DNA of 32,000 bases, taken from positions 3,150,001 to 3,182,000 of the forward strand of contig NC_000962.3 in NCBI RefSeq assembly GCF_000195955.2. The letters are read 5' to 3'. The position numbers were made by a program, and so were the translations under genes. The notes under the pieces are model-generated. The model ran no database searches. It saw only the letters and a list, made by a program, of their open reading frames with translations, and was not told the DNA's origin. Below, piece after piece: positions 21,647-30,547 of the stretch (position 1 is the stretch's first letter; every line of letters starts with the position of its first letter). This DNA is from Mycobacterium tuberculosis H37Rv (GTDB taxonomy: Bacteria; Actinomycetota; Actinomycetes; Mycobacteriales; Mycobacteriaceae).

Positions 21647-23000
21647 GTATCCTCTCCCAATCGGTGACCGCCGCGTTGAACGCCGCCAGCTCCACACGCG
21701 CGTTGTTCAGGTAGTGCGCGACAACATCCTCGCCGAACGCCTCGCGCACCAGCGCAGAATCCTCGAACAGCACCGCGGCGTCGGCCAGCGTAACCGGCAG
21801 CCGTTCGACATCGGCGCCTTGGTAGGCGTTGCCGACACAGGGCTCGGGCAGCTGAAGGCCCCGCTCGATACCGTACAACCCTCCAGCAATGAGAGCCGCC
21901 ACCGCCAGGTACTGGTTGACATCACCGCCGGGAACCCGGCATTCGACCCGGATGTTTTGCCCGTGGCCAACCACCCGCAGGGCGCAGGTGCGATTGTCCA
22001 GCCCCCAAGCCAGCGCCGTCGGCGCGAAACTGCTATCGGCAAATCGCTTGTAGGAGTTAATGGTCGGCGCATAGCACAGCGTGAATTCGCGCAACGTGGC
22101 CAACTGGCCGGCGACGAAGCTGCGGAACATCGACGACATGCCGTGCGGCCCGTTACTGTCGGCAAACACCGCGGAGCCATCCGTGCCACGCAGCGAGACA
22201 TGGATGTGACAGCTATTACCTTCGCGTTCATCGTATTTCGCCATGAACGTTAGGCTCTTGCCGTGCTGGTCGGCGATTTCCTTGGCGCCGTTCTTGTAGA
22301 TCGCATGGTTGTCGCAGGTGACCAGCGCCTCGTCGTAACGAAACCCGATCTCCTGCTGGCCCATGTTGCATTCGCCTTTGACCGCCTCGAATCGCAGACC
22401 CGCACCGGCCATACCCAACCGGATGTCGCGCAGCAACGGCTCCATCCGCGAGGATGCCAATATCGCGTAGTCGATGTTGTAGTCGCTGGCCGGGGTCAGC
22501 CCGCGATACCCGCTGGCCCATGCCTGGCGATACGGCTGGTCGAACACGATGAACTCCAGCTCGGTGGCCACATCGGCGACCAGTCCGCGCGCCTTGAGCC
22601 GATCGAGCTGACGGCGCAGAATGCTGCGCGGCGAGACGGCGACCTCGCTGCCGTCGGCCCAGACCAGGTCGGCGATCACCAGCGCCGTTCCCGGTAGCCA
22701 AGGAATCAGCCGCAGAGTGGACAAGTCCGGCGTCATCACCATATCGCCGTAGCCGGTGTCCCAACTGGCCATCGCATAGCCGGGCACCGTGTTCAGGTCG
22801 ACGTCCACGGCCAGCAGATAACTGCAGCACTCGACGCCGCGGGTGGCTATGTCGTCGACGAAATGCCGGCCCGATATCCGTTTGCCGGCCAGCCGGCCCT
22901 GCATGTCGGTGAACGCGACGATGACGGTGTCGACGTCACCGGCCGCGACCAGTCGCTCCAACTCGGTCCACGCCAACGGCGGCGAACCGGGGCCGGTCAC
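21627..23000 (-). CDS. glnA4: Glutamine synthetase-like / gamma-glutamylamine synthetase
   Basis: 457 aa from GTG at 23000; GS motifs NCHIHVSL and NRTCALRVVGHGQNIRVECRVPGGDVNQYLAVAALIAGG. Confidence 0.92.
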   Translation of the reverse strand: MTGPGSPPLAWTELERLVAAGDVDTVIVAFTDMQGRLAGKRISGRHFVDDIATRGVECCSYLLAVDVDLNTVPGYAMASWDTGYGDMVMTPDLSTLRLIPWLPGTALVIADLVWADGSEVAVSPRSILRRQLDRLKARGLVADVATELEFIVFDQPYRQAWASGYRGLTPASDYNIDYAILASSRMEPLLRDIRLGMAGAGLRFEAVKGECNMGQQEIGFRYDEALVTCDNHAIYKNGAKEIADQHGKSLTFMAKYDEREGNSCHIHVSLRGTDGSAVFADSNGPHGMSSMFRSFVAGQLATLREFTLCYAPTINSYKRFADSSFAPTALAWGLDNRTCALRVVGHGQNIRVECRVPGGDVNQYLAVAALIAGGLYGIERGLQLPEPCVGNAYQGADVERLPVTLADAAVLFEDSALVREAFGEDVVAHYLNNARVELAAFNAAVTDWERIRGFERL

Positions 23001-23094
23001 CGCACTTCCTCCCACACCATGGCCGCTAGTCAACCATCTATAGGCTCCGGGCCCACATGCTGGCTGTCGCGGGCACCGCGAACCGCCGGAGCCG

Positions 23095-23158
23095 GCGAGT
23101 AGACGCGAAAGAACATGATGGGCGCTGGTGCCCATCATGTTCTTTTGCGCCTACTCGC
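23095..23158. repeat. Long near-perfect inverted repeat just 3' of mapB
   Basis: GCGAGTAGACGCGAAAGAACATGATGGGC (23095-23123), 6-nt loop GCTGGT, GCCCATCATGTTCTTTTGCGCCTACTCGC (23130-23158); 27/29 paired. Confidence 0.93.
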
Positions 23159-23159
23159 G

Positions 23160-24017
23160 CTACAGACAGGTCAGGATCTCGACGCCGGTATCGGTAACCA
23201 GCAGGGTGTGTTCGAACTGTGCGGTCCACTTGCGGTCCTTGGTGACCACCGTCCAACCGTCGTCCCAGATTTCGTAGTCCAGTGCGCCCAAGTTGATCAT
23301 CGGCTCGATGGTGAAGGTCATCCCCGGCTGCATGATGGTCTCGACAGCGGGCTGGTCGTAGTGCAAGACGACCAGCCCGTTGTGGAACGTCGTGCCGATG
23401 CCATGACCAGTGAAGTCTCGAACCACGTTGTACCCGAACCGATTTGCATACGACTCGATGACACGACCGATAACGGACAACGCCCGCCCGGGCTTGACGG
23501 TGTTGATCGCACGCATGGTCGCTTCGCGGGTCCGGTCAACGAGCAACCGGTGTTCGTCTGCGACATCGCCGGCCGGAAACGTCGCGTTGGTGTCACCGTG
23601 CACCCCACCGATGTAGGCGGTGACGTCGATGTTGACGATGTCGCCGTCGGTGATCACCGTCGAGTCGGGGATTCCATGGCAGATGACCTCGTTGAGGGAC
23701 GTGCAGCACGACTTCGGGAATCCCTTGTAGCCCAGCGTTGATGGGTAGGCGCCGTTGTCGACCAGGTATTCGTGCGCGATCCGGTCGAGTTCGTCGGTGG
23801 TTACCCCGGGCGCGACCGCCTTGCCCGCCTCGGCCAACGCACCTGCGGCGATCCGGCCTGCCACGCGCATCTTCTCGATGACCTCAGGTGTCTGCACCCA
23901 CGGCTCGCTGCCCTCTTGGGCGGCCGGTTTGCCGACGTATTCGGGGCGCGCGATCCAGTTGGGCACCGGCCGTGTCGGGGACAGCACGCCGGGGGAGAGC
24001 GCGGTACGACTAGGCAT
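23160..24017 (-). CDS. mapB: Methionine aminopeptidase, type I with N-terminal extension
   Basis: 285 aa; metal-ligand regions [38 protein letters not shown]; PTRPVP-containing N-terminal extension. Confidence 0.95.
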
Positions 24018-24058
24018 CCCGCTAGCTTAGCCGGGCAAATTTTGGCCGCGCCCGGCTA

Positions 24059-24643
24059 TCAGCCCCGGTGTCGGCGCAGCAGTGCGCGCCGCGGTCCCTT
24101 GATGACCACCGACCCGCACACCATCCGACCGGTCAACACGACATGCGGTGTTCCTTCCGCCGGTGCGTCCTTGCGGCGGTCGCTCGCGCTACCCACATAG
24201 ACCTCGACGTCGTCGATCGACGCACTGGCGCCGTTGGGCAGCCGGACCTCAAGTGAGCCGAACATCATATCGAGTTCGATCACCACCACCGGCCCCGCGA
24301 AACGGGCCTTGACGAGGTCGAGTTCGATTGACCCCAGCCGACGCACCAGCGCCAGCCGGGTGGGCACGATCCATTCGCCGTGGCGTTTCAGGGAGCCGGC
24401 CCAGCCGCGCAGCTCCACCCGGTCGGCCGCGGACGTGACGATCGCGCCAGGCCTGGGCAGGTCACCGACCAGCCCATCCAGCTCGCTTCGCGTACACGCG
24501 AAGGAAACCCGTGACGAGCGCTGCTCGAACTCGTCGATGTTGATAAGCCCGAGCGCCACGGCGTTGTGCAGTCGTCGCATTGTGCCGTTGCGGTCGGCGT
24601 CCGAGACCCGCAACGCCACCATGTCCCCACCGGTCTCCGTCAT
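24059..24643 (-). CDS. DUF1707 domain-containing protein
   Basis: MVALRVSDADRNGTMRRLHNAVALGLINIDEFEQRSSRV matches the DUF1707 signature; start placed at MTETGG. Confidence 0.82.
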   Translation of the reverse strand: MTETGGDMVALRVSDADRNGTMRRLHNAVALGLINIDEFEQRSSRVSFACTRSELDGLVGDLPRPGAIVTSAADRVELRGWAGSLKRHGEWIVPTRLALVRRLGSIELDLVKARFAGPVVVIELDMMFGSLEVRLPNGASASIDDVEVYVGSASDRRKDAPAEGTPHVVLTGRMVCGSVVIKGPRRALLRRHRG

Positions 24644-24800
24644 GGCCCATTCCCGAGAGTTCTGGCACGGCTTCAACGGCGAACTTCGCCTACCCCCCGC
24701 AACTTACCGCTGTTGAAAGGCCGCCGAAAACCTAGCAGTTTAGGTAATCCTTTCCGACGAAGAGCGGGAGGCGTTCCGGCAGCAAGCCGCAGCCCAGCAG

Positions 24801-24995
24801 ATGTCCCTCAGTAACTGGCTGCGTCAAGCGGGGCTCAGGCAGCTCGAGGCACAGCGACAACGTCCCCTGCGCACCGCCCAGGAATTGCGCGAGTTCTTTG
24901 CGTCACGGCCCGACGAGACAGGGGCAGAACCTGATTGGCAGGCGCATCTGCAGGTGATGGCTGAATCGCGCCGTCGCGGCCTGCCGGCGCCATGA
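24801..24995 (+). CDS. vapB23: VapB-family antitoxin
   Basis: MSLSNWLRQAGLRQLEAQRQRPLRTAQELREFFASRPDE...; 4-bp overlap with the PIN-domain toxin. Similarity appears to extend upstream of this ATG. Confidence 0.82.
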   Translation: MSLSNWLRQAGLRQLEAQRQRPLRTAQELREFFASRPDETGAEPDWQAHLQVMAESRRRGLPAP

Positions 24996-25372
24996 TCTTC
25001 GTCGATACCAACGTCTTCATGTATGCGGTCGGTCGCGATCACCCATTGCGGATGCCCGCCCGTGAGTTCCTCGAGCACAGCCTCGAACACCAAGACCGCC
25101 TTGTCACGTCAGCCGAGGCCATGCAGGAATTGCTGAACGCGTATGTGCCCGTCGGGCGGAACTCGACGCTGGACTCAGCATTGACCTTGGTGCGGGCGCT
25201 GACGGAAATCTGGCCCGTCGAGGCGGCCGACGTCGCGCATGCGCGAACCCTGCACCACCGCCACCCCGGTCTGGGCGCGCGCGATCTGCTACACCTGGCA
25301 TGCTGCCAGCGTCGCGGTGTCACGCGGATCAAGACGTTCGACCACACACTGGCCAGCGCATTCCGATCATGA
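24992..25372 (+). CDS. vapC23: PIN-domain ribonuclease toxin VapC
   Basis: 126 aa; MIFVDTNVFMYAVG, LGARDLLHLACCQRRGVTRIKTFD with conserved acidic residues. Confidence 0.93.
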   Translation: MIFVDTNVFMYAVGRDHPLRMPAREFLEHSLEHQDRLVTSAEAMQELLNAYVPVGRNSTLDSALTLVRALTEIWPVEAADVAHARTLHHRHPGLGARDLLHLACCQRRGVTRIKTFDHTLASAFRS

Positions 25373-25453
25373 CGCGTCCGTGTGGGCGCGAGCGTCCGCA
25401 GTTGTACGGCCCTAACGGCGTGTCGTCGTACAAACGAGGAGGGGCGAGCCGCG

Positions 25454-27265
25454 CTACGCCAGGTACCCCGGCGGCAGCGATTCGAACATCACCTTGGTCA
25501 TCCGCACCGCGTATTCCGAGCTACCGCCCCCGACGATCAGCGACGCAAATGCCAGATCGCCACGGTACCCGGCGAACCAGGAATGCGATCCGCCCGGGAA
25601 TTCGGCTTCGCCGGTCTTACCGAACACCTCGCCACAGCCAGCGATCTCCTTGGCGGTGCCATTGGTCACCACCAACCGCATCATGGGCCGCAGCGCGTCG
25701 ATCATCTTCTGGCTGATCGGTGTGGCATCGCCTTCGACGGCCGTCGGCCGGCCGGCGATCAGCTGTGGAACCGGGGTCTTCCCGGCGGCTACCGTCGCCG
25801 CCACCAAGGCCATGCCGAACGGGCTGGCCAGCACCTTGCCCTGGCCGAAACCGTCCTCGGTGCGTTCGGCCAGGTCCACCGTCGGCGGCACCGAACCGGT
25901 CACCGTGGTGATGCCGTCCACCTGGTAGTCAAGCCCGATCCCGTACCGCCGGGCCGCCTGAGTCAGACCGCGGGGAGGCAGCCTGCTGCTCAGCTCGGCG
26001 AAGGTGGTGTTGCAGGAACTGGCAAACGCGCGTGACATCGGCACCACGCCCAGATCAAAGCCACCGTAGTTGGGAATGGTGCGATGCCCGATGTCGATCT
26101 CCCCGGGGCAACCCAGCAGCGTCTCAGGGGTAGCCAGGTCACGCTCGACGGCCGCACCGGCGGTGATCATCTTGAATGTCGACCCGGGTGGATATAGACC
26201 GGTGGTCGCGACCGGACCGTCCGCATCGGCCCCGGCGTTCTGCGCGATCGCCAGGATCTCGCCGGTCGACGGCTTGATCACGACGATCATCGCCTTGCCG
26301 CCCCGGGTGTTCACCGCGTGTTGCGCGGCGTTTTGCACGACCCGATCCAACGTGATCGAAACCGACGACGCAGGTGATGGGGCGACCTCGTGCAGCACCG
26401 AGACGTCGACGCCATTTTGGTTGACGCTCACCACCCGCCAACCCGCCTTGCCGTCGAGTTCATCGACGACGGCCTTCTTGACATCGTTGAGGACCGCCGG
26501 CGCGAAGTGCTTGTCGGTCGGGAGCAGCTCGGCCTGCGGTGTGATCACCACGCCAGGCAGCTGCCCGATCGCCGCGGCCACCCGGTTGCTGTCGTCGGCG
26601 TGCAACGTGACCAGGTCCAACGGCTGGGTCGACGAGCTGGCCTGTTCGGCCAGCAGCTGCGGATCATTGAGCGTGTCGTCGAAGGGGTGCAGCGCGCCCA
26701 CCACCGCGTGTGCCGTGCCGAAGAGCTCGCGGCCGGCCTGGCCGGCGTCCAGCGAGTAGTGATACAGATAGCCCGGCACCAGCACATCGGTGCCGCCGAC
26801 TTCGTTCACCGAGGCGCGCCGCGGCGGGTCGGCTCGTAGCGCGAACGTTTGATGTTCGCCTAGCTTGGGATGCAACCCGCTGGTGGTCCAGCGAACGTGC
26901 CAACGCCCTTCGTCGCGGGCCATCTTCAGCTGGCCGTCATAGGTCCAGATTCGGTCCTTGGGCAGATGCCAGCTGAAGCGATAAGCGACCGTACCGGTGT
27001 CCTCGGCGTACTTGGCGCTGAGAACCTGCGCATCCAGGTGGGCGGCCTGCAGCCCCGCCCAGGCCGCGTTCAGCGCTTCGCGCGCCTCGTTGGGGTTGTC
27101 GCTGAGCTGGGCGGCGGAGGCGGTGTCACCGATGGCCAGCGCGGCGAAGAACTTTTCGGCCGCCGGACCGGGCCCTTGGGGACGCGGGGTGCAGCCCGAC
27201 ATGGCGACGACCGCAAGCAGCAGCAAACCTGAGGTGGCTGAGGCTAATGTTGTTTTAGTTACCAT
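25454..27265 (-). CDS. Penicillin-binding lipoprotein (MecR1/PBP2a-like NTF2 domain plus transpeptidase)
   Basis: 603 aa; lipobox AMSGC; transpeptidase SxxK-type STFK region (YPPGSTFKMI), SCN (FASSCNTTFA), KTGEAEF. Confidence 0.93.
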   Translation of the reverse strand: MVTKTTLASATSGLLLLAVVAMSGCTPRPQGPGPAAEKFFAALAIGDTASAAQLSDNPNEAREALNAAWAGLQAAHLDAQVLSAKYAEDTGTVAYRFSWHLPKDRIWTYDGQLKMARDEGRWHVRWTTSGLHPKLGEHQTFALRADPPRRASVNEVGGTDVLVPGYLYHYSLDAGQAGRELFGTAHAVVGALHPFDDTLNDPQLLAEQASSSTQPLDLVTLHADDSNRVAAAIGQLPGVVITPQAELLPTDKHFAPAVLNDVKKAVVDELDGKAGWRVVSVNQNGVDVSVLHEVAPSPASSVSITLDRVVQNAAQHAVNTRGGKAMIVVIKPSTGEILAIAQNAGADADGPVATTGLYPPGSTFKMITAGAAVERDLATPETLLGCPGEIDIGHRTIPNYGGFDLGVVPMSRAFASSCNTTFAELSSRLPPRGLTQAARRYGIGLDYQVDGITTVTGSVPPTVDLAERTEDGFGQGKVLASPFGMALVAATVAAGKTPVPQLIAGRPTAVEGDATPISQKMIDALRPMMRLVVTNGTAKEIAGCGEVFGKTGEAEFPGGSHSWFAGYRGDLAFASLIVGGGSSEYAVRMTKVMFESLPPGYLA

Positions 27266-27485
27266 CGTTGCTGATGTTAAGAACTGTGACGGAGACACCG
27301 GCCGCGACACACCGAGACCGAACCGTTACGCCGAGACTAGGTCGCGAATGGAACACCACCGCGAAAATCGTGGCCAGAAATCGCAACCACGTTACGCTCG
27401 CGACCGCTCAATCGAGCAAGGCGCCGACCGCAAGCACCAGCAAACCTGAGACGCCGCGCACAAAGTGCGAAACCACTGGAAGGTG

Positions 27486-27502
27486 AGCCCTAATTTAGGG
27501 CT
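27486..27502. promoter_or_regulatory. Candidate autoregulatory operator upstream of relFG
   Basis: Perfect inverted repeat AGCCCTA-ATT-TAGGGCT, 35 bp upstream of the relF ATG, followed by -10-like TATAAC. Confidence 0.5.
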
Positions 27503-27536
27503 GAGCAGGACCTGTATAACGGCCTAGTATGGCGGT

Positions 27537-27818
27537 ATGCGGATACTGCCGATTTCGACGATCAAGGGCAAGCTCAATGAGTTCGTCGACGCGGTCTCGT
27601 CGACACAGGACCAGATCACCATCACCAAGAACGGTGCACCCGCAGCCGTTCTGGTCGGCGCCGACGAGTGGGAATCGTTGCAGGAGACGCTGTACTGGCT
27701 GGCGCAACCCGGAATCAGGGAGTCGATCGCTGAAGCCGACGCCGACATTGCCTCCGGCCGCACCTACGGCGAAGACGAGATCCGCGCCGAATTCGGCGTC
27801 CCGCGACGCCCCCACTGA
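27537..27818 (+). CDS. relF: RelB/Phd-YefM-family antitoxin
   Basis: 93 aa; MRILPISTIKGKLNEFVDAVSSTQDQITITKNGAPAAVLVGADEWESLQETL. Confidence 0.92.
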   Translation: MRILPISTIKGKLNEFVDAVSSTQDQITITKNGAPAAVLVGADEWESLQETLYWLAQPGIRESIAEADADIASGRTYGEDEIRAEFGVPRRPH

Positions 27819-27821
27819 GCG

Positions 27822-28085
27822 GTGCCTTACACCGTGCGGTTCACCACAACCGCGCGTCGAGACCTCCACAAGCTGCCACCGCGCATCCTCGCGGCAGTGG
27901 TCGAATTCGCGTTCGGCGATCTGTCGCGCGAGCCCCTGCGGGTGGGCAAGCCCCTTCGGCGCGAGTTGGCCGGCACGTTCAGCGCGCGTCGCGGAACGTA
28001 CCGCCTGCTGTACCGGATTGACGACGAGCACACAACGGTAGTGATCCTGCGCGTCGATCACCGCGCGGACATCTACCGCCGATAG
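27822..28085 (+). CDS. relG: RelE-family mRNA interferase toxin
   Basis: 87 aa from GTG; VRFTTTARRDLHKLPPRIL...RRELAGTFSARRGTYRLLYRIDDEHTTVVILRVDHRADIYRR. Confidence 0.93.
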   Translation: MPYTVRFTTTARRDLHKLPPRILAAVVEFAFGDLSREPLRVGKPLRRELAGTFSARRGTYRLLYRIDDEHTTVVILRVDHRADIYRR

Positions 28086-28195
28086 CAACTCACCGACGGG
28101 CGCTCTGCCGTCCGACGGCAGCCATGACTGAGATCGGTCGGCCGGGCGGCTCCGAAAAGACCTGAACAGAACCTCAGGATTCCTATGCTCCCAAT

Positions 28196-28336
28196 GTGGC
28201 GGCAATCACGAAGAAGCTAATCCTCGGCCAGATCCGGGAAGTGGCTGAGGCGAACGACGGCCGACCGCCCGGCTGTGAGCGCTTTGCCGCCGAGACCGGA
28301 ATTCCAGCAAGCGCGTGGCGTGGACGGTATTGCTAA
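28196..28336 (+). pseudogene. Small orphan ORF or remnant: [46 protein letters not shown]
   Basis: Translated by hand from GTG at 28196 to TAA at 28334. Composition looks coding, and the GGRPPG...F...TGI...W.G.YW pattern resembles the N-terminus of longer proteins recalled from memory. Confidence 0.4.
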
Positions 28337-28457
28337 CCCATTCTTTCAAGACCGACGATCCTGTTGGCATCGAGAGGTACTGGCAGCGCCGACACTTGCC
28401 AGACCGCATCGCCGTGCACAGGACGTCGTCAGCGCTGATATGCCCGCAGCTCGGCGC

Positions 28458-29312
28458 TCAGTCCAGCAACACCGTCGCGAACGTGCCGATCTCCTTAAAG
28501 CCCACCCGGGCGTAGGCGGCACGGGCCACCGTGTTGAAGCTGTTCACATACAGGCTGGCGATGCGCCCGCTGCCGACGATCACTGCGGCCAACGTTGCGG
28601 TACCAGCCGTGCCCAGACCGATACCGCGCCACTCCGGATGAACCCAGACCCCCTGGATCTGCCCGACGGCCGGAGATTGCGATCCCACTTCGGCCTTGAA
28701 GATCACTTGACCGTGCTCGAATCGGGCCCACGCGCGTCCGGCCGCGATGAGGCCGGCCACCCGGCGACGATAGCCGCGACCACCGTCTCCGAGCCGAGGG
28801 TCGACGCCGACTTCGCCGATGAACATGTCGACGGCGGCCACCAGGTAGGAGTCCAGTTCCTCGGGCCGTACCTGGCGTACGCCGGTGTCGATAGCGCAGC
28901 TGGGGTGAGTAGCCAGGGCCATCAGCGGTTGGTTGTCGCGGACATCCCGCGCCGGACCCCACACCGGCTCGAGCCGCTGCCACATCGGCAACACCAGGTC
29001 GGCCCTGCCGACCAGTGACGAACACCGTCGCGGCGTGCTCATCGCCACGTCGGCGAACGCATTCAGGTCGATCGGTCCGCCGCGCAGCGGGATGAGGTTG
29101 GCACCGGCGAAACACAGGGATTCGTGCGCGCCGCGTCGGGTCCACAGCTCCCCGCCAATCGCATTGGGATCGATGCCATGGTCTGCGACCCGGGCGGCGA
29201 CCATGCACGATTCGATCGGGTCGTCGTCGAGTACCCGCCACACGGCGGCGGCGTCACGCACCACGGACACTTGCCGCTCGCCGACAAGCCGAGAGATGGG
29301 CGGAGCCGACAT
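28458..29312 (-). CDS. GNAT family N-acetyltransferase
   Basis: 284 aa; acetyl-CoA-binding VWVHPEWRGIGLGTAGTATLAAVIV; SLYVNSFNTVARAAYARVGFKEIGTFATVL. Confidence 0.88.
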   Translation of the reverse strand: MSAPPISRLVGERQVSVVRDAAAVWRVLDDDPIESCMVAARVADHGIDPNAIGGELWTRRGAHESLCFAGANLIPLRGGPIDLNAFADVAMSTPRRCSSLVGRADLVLPMWQRLEPVWGPARDVRDNQPLMALATHPSCAIDTGVRQVRPEELDSYLVAAVDMFIGEVGVDPRLGDGGRGYRRRVAGLIAAGRAWARFEHGQVIFKAEVGSQSPAVGQIQGVWVHPEWRGIGLGTAGTATLAAVIVGSGRIASLYVNSFNTVARAAYARVGFKEIGTFATVLLD

Positions 29313-29367
29313 CTGCGAACTCCCTTTGGTGGGAACTGACGGCCACTGAATGAAAAGCTGACCCCTA

Positions 29368-30531
29368 TCAGCTTACGGTCACAATAGGCGAACCGCTCGG
29401 TGTCGCGCCCGGATCTTGCTCGCCCATTTCGGCGGCCAGCCGCATCGCCTCCTCGATCAGCGTCTCGACGATCTGTGCTTCGGGCACGGTCTTGATCACT
29501 TCGCCCCGTACAAAGATCTGACCTTTGCCGTTGCCGGACGCCACGCCCAGGTCGGCCTCACGTGCTTCACCCGGACCATTGACGACACACCCCATCACGG
29601 CCACCCGCAACGGCACATCGAGACCATCCAGGCCGGCGGTTACCTCGTTGGCCAGGGTGTAGACGTCGACTTGCGCGCGACCGCACGACGGGCAAGACAC
29701 GATCTCGAGCGAACGCGGCCGCAGGTTCAACGACTCGAGAACCTGATTGCCCACCTTGACTTCCTCGACCGGCGGGGCCGACAACGACACCCGGATGGTG
29801 TCGCCTATGCCCCGCGACAGCAACGCGCCGAAGGCAACCGCGGACTTGATGGTGCCCTGGAAAGCAGGGCCGGCCTCGGTGACACCGAGGTGCAGTGGGT
29901 AGTCGCACCGTGCAGCAAGCAGCTCGTAGGCGGCGACCATCACCACCGGGTCGTTGTGCTTGACGCTGATCTTGATGTCACCGAAGCCATGCTCCTCGAA
30001 AAGCGAAGCCTCCCACAGCGCCGACTCAACCAGCGCCTCGGGCGTGGCTTTGCCATACTTCTCCATGAACCGTTTGTCCAGCGAACCGGCGTTGACACCG
30101 ATTCGGATCGGGATCCCGGCCGCACCCGCCGCCTTGGCGACCTCACCCACCCGGCCGTCAAACTCCTTGATGTTGCCCGGGTTGACCCGCACCGCGGCAC
30201 ATCCAGCGTCGATGGCGGCGAATATGTAGCGCGGCTGGAAATGTATGTCCGCGACTACCGGGATCTGGCTGTGCCGGGCGATCTCGGCCAGCGCGTCGGC
30301 GTCCTCCTGGCGCGGGCAGGCCACCCGCACGATGTCGCATCCGGCCGCGGTCAGCTCGGCGATTTGTTGCAATGTCGAGTTGACGTCGTGGGTTTTGGTG
30401 GTGCACATCGATTGCACCGAGACCGGATGGTCACTGCCCACGCCGACGTTGCCGACCATCAGCTGACGGGTGGCGCGCCGGGGAGCGAGCGTGGGTGCCG
30501 GGGGCTGCGGCATGCCCAAGCCTACAGTCAC
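29368..30531 (-). CDS. ispG: 4-hydroxy-3-methylbut-2-en-1-yl diphosphate synthase
   Basis: 387 aa; [21 protein letters not shown], [4Fe-4S] cysteines in [11 protein letters not shown] and [15 protein letters not shown]. Confidence 0.95.
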   Translation of the reverse strand: MTVGLGMPQPPAPTLAPRRATRQLMVGNVGVGSDHPVSVQSMCTTKTHDVNSTLQQIAELTAAGCDIVRVACPRQEDADALAEIARHSQIPVVADIHFQPRYIFAAIDAGCAAVRVNPGNIKEFDGRVGEVAKAAGAAGIPIRIGVNAGSLDKRFMEKYGKATPEALVESALWEASLFEEHGFGDIKISVKHNDPVVMVAAYELLAARCDYPLHLGVTEAGPAFQGTIKSAVAFGALLSRGIGDTIRVSLSAPPVEEVKVGNQVLESLNLRPRSLEIVSCPSCGRAQVDVYTLANEVTAGLDGLDVPLRVAVMGCVVNGPGEAREADLGVASGNGKGQIFVRGEVIKTVPEAQIVETLIEEAMRLAAEMGEQDPGATPSGSPIVTVS

Positions 30532-30547
30532 TGAAAATCCTTTCTAC

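Noticed and set aside
24731-24744. CCTA-gcagtt-TAGG as a vapBC operator
   Set aside because: Only 4-bp arms, which is not distinguishable from chance without binding data.
29416-30534. 372-aa plus-strand ORF opposite ispG
   Set aside because: Antisense shadow of a highly conserved gene, with no independent features.
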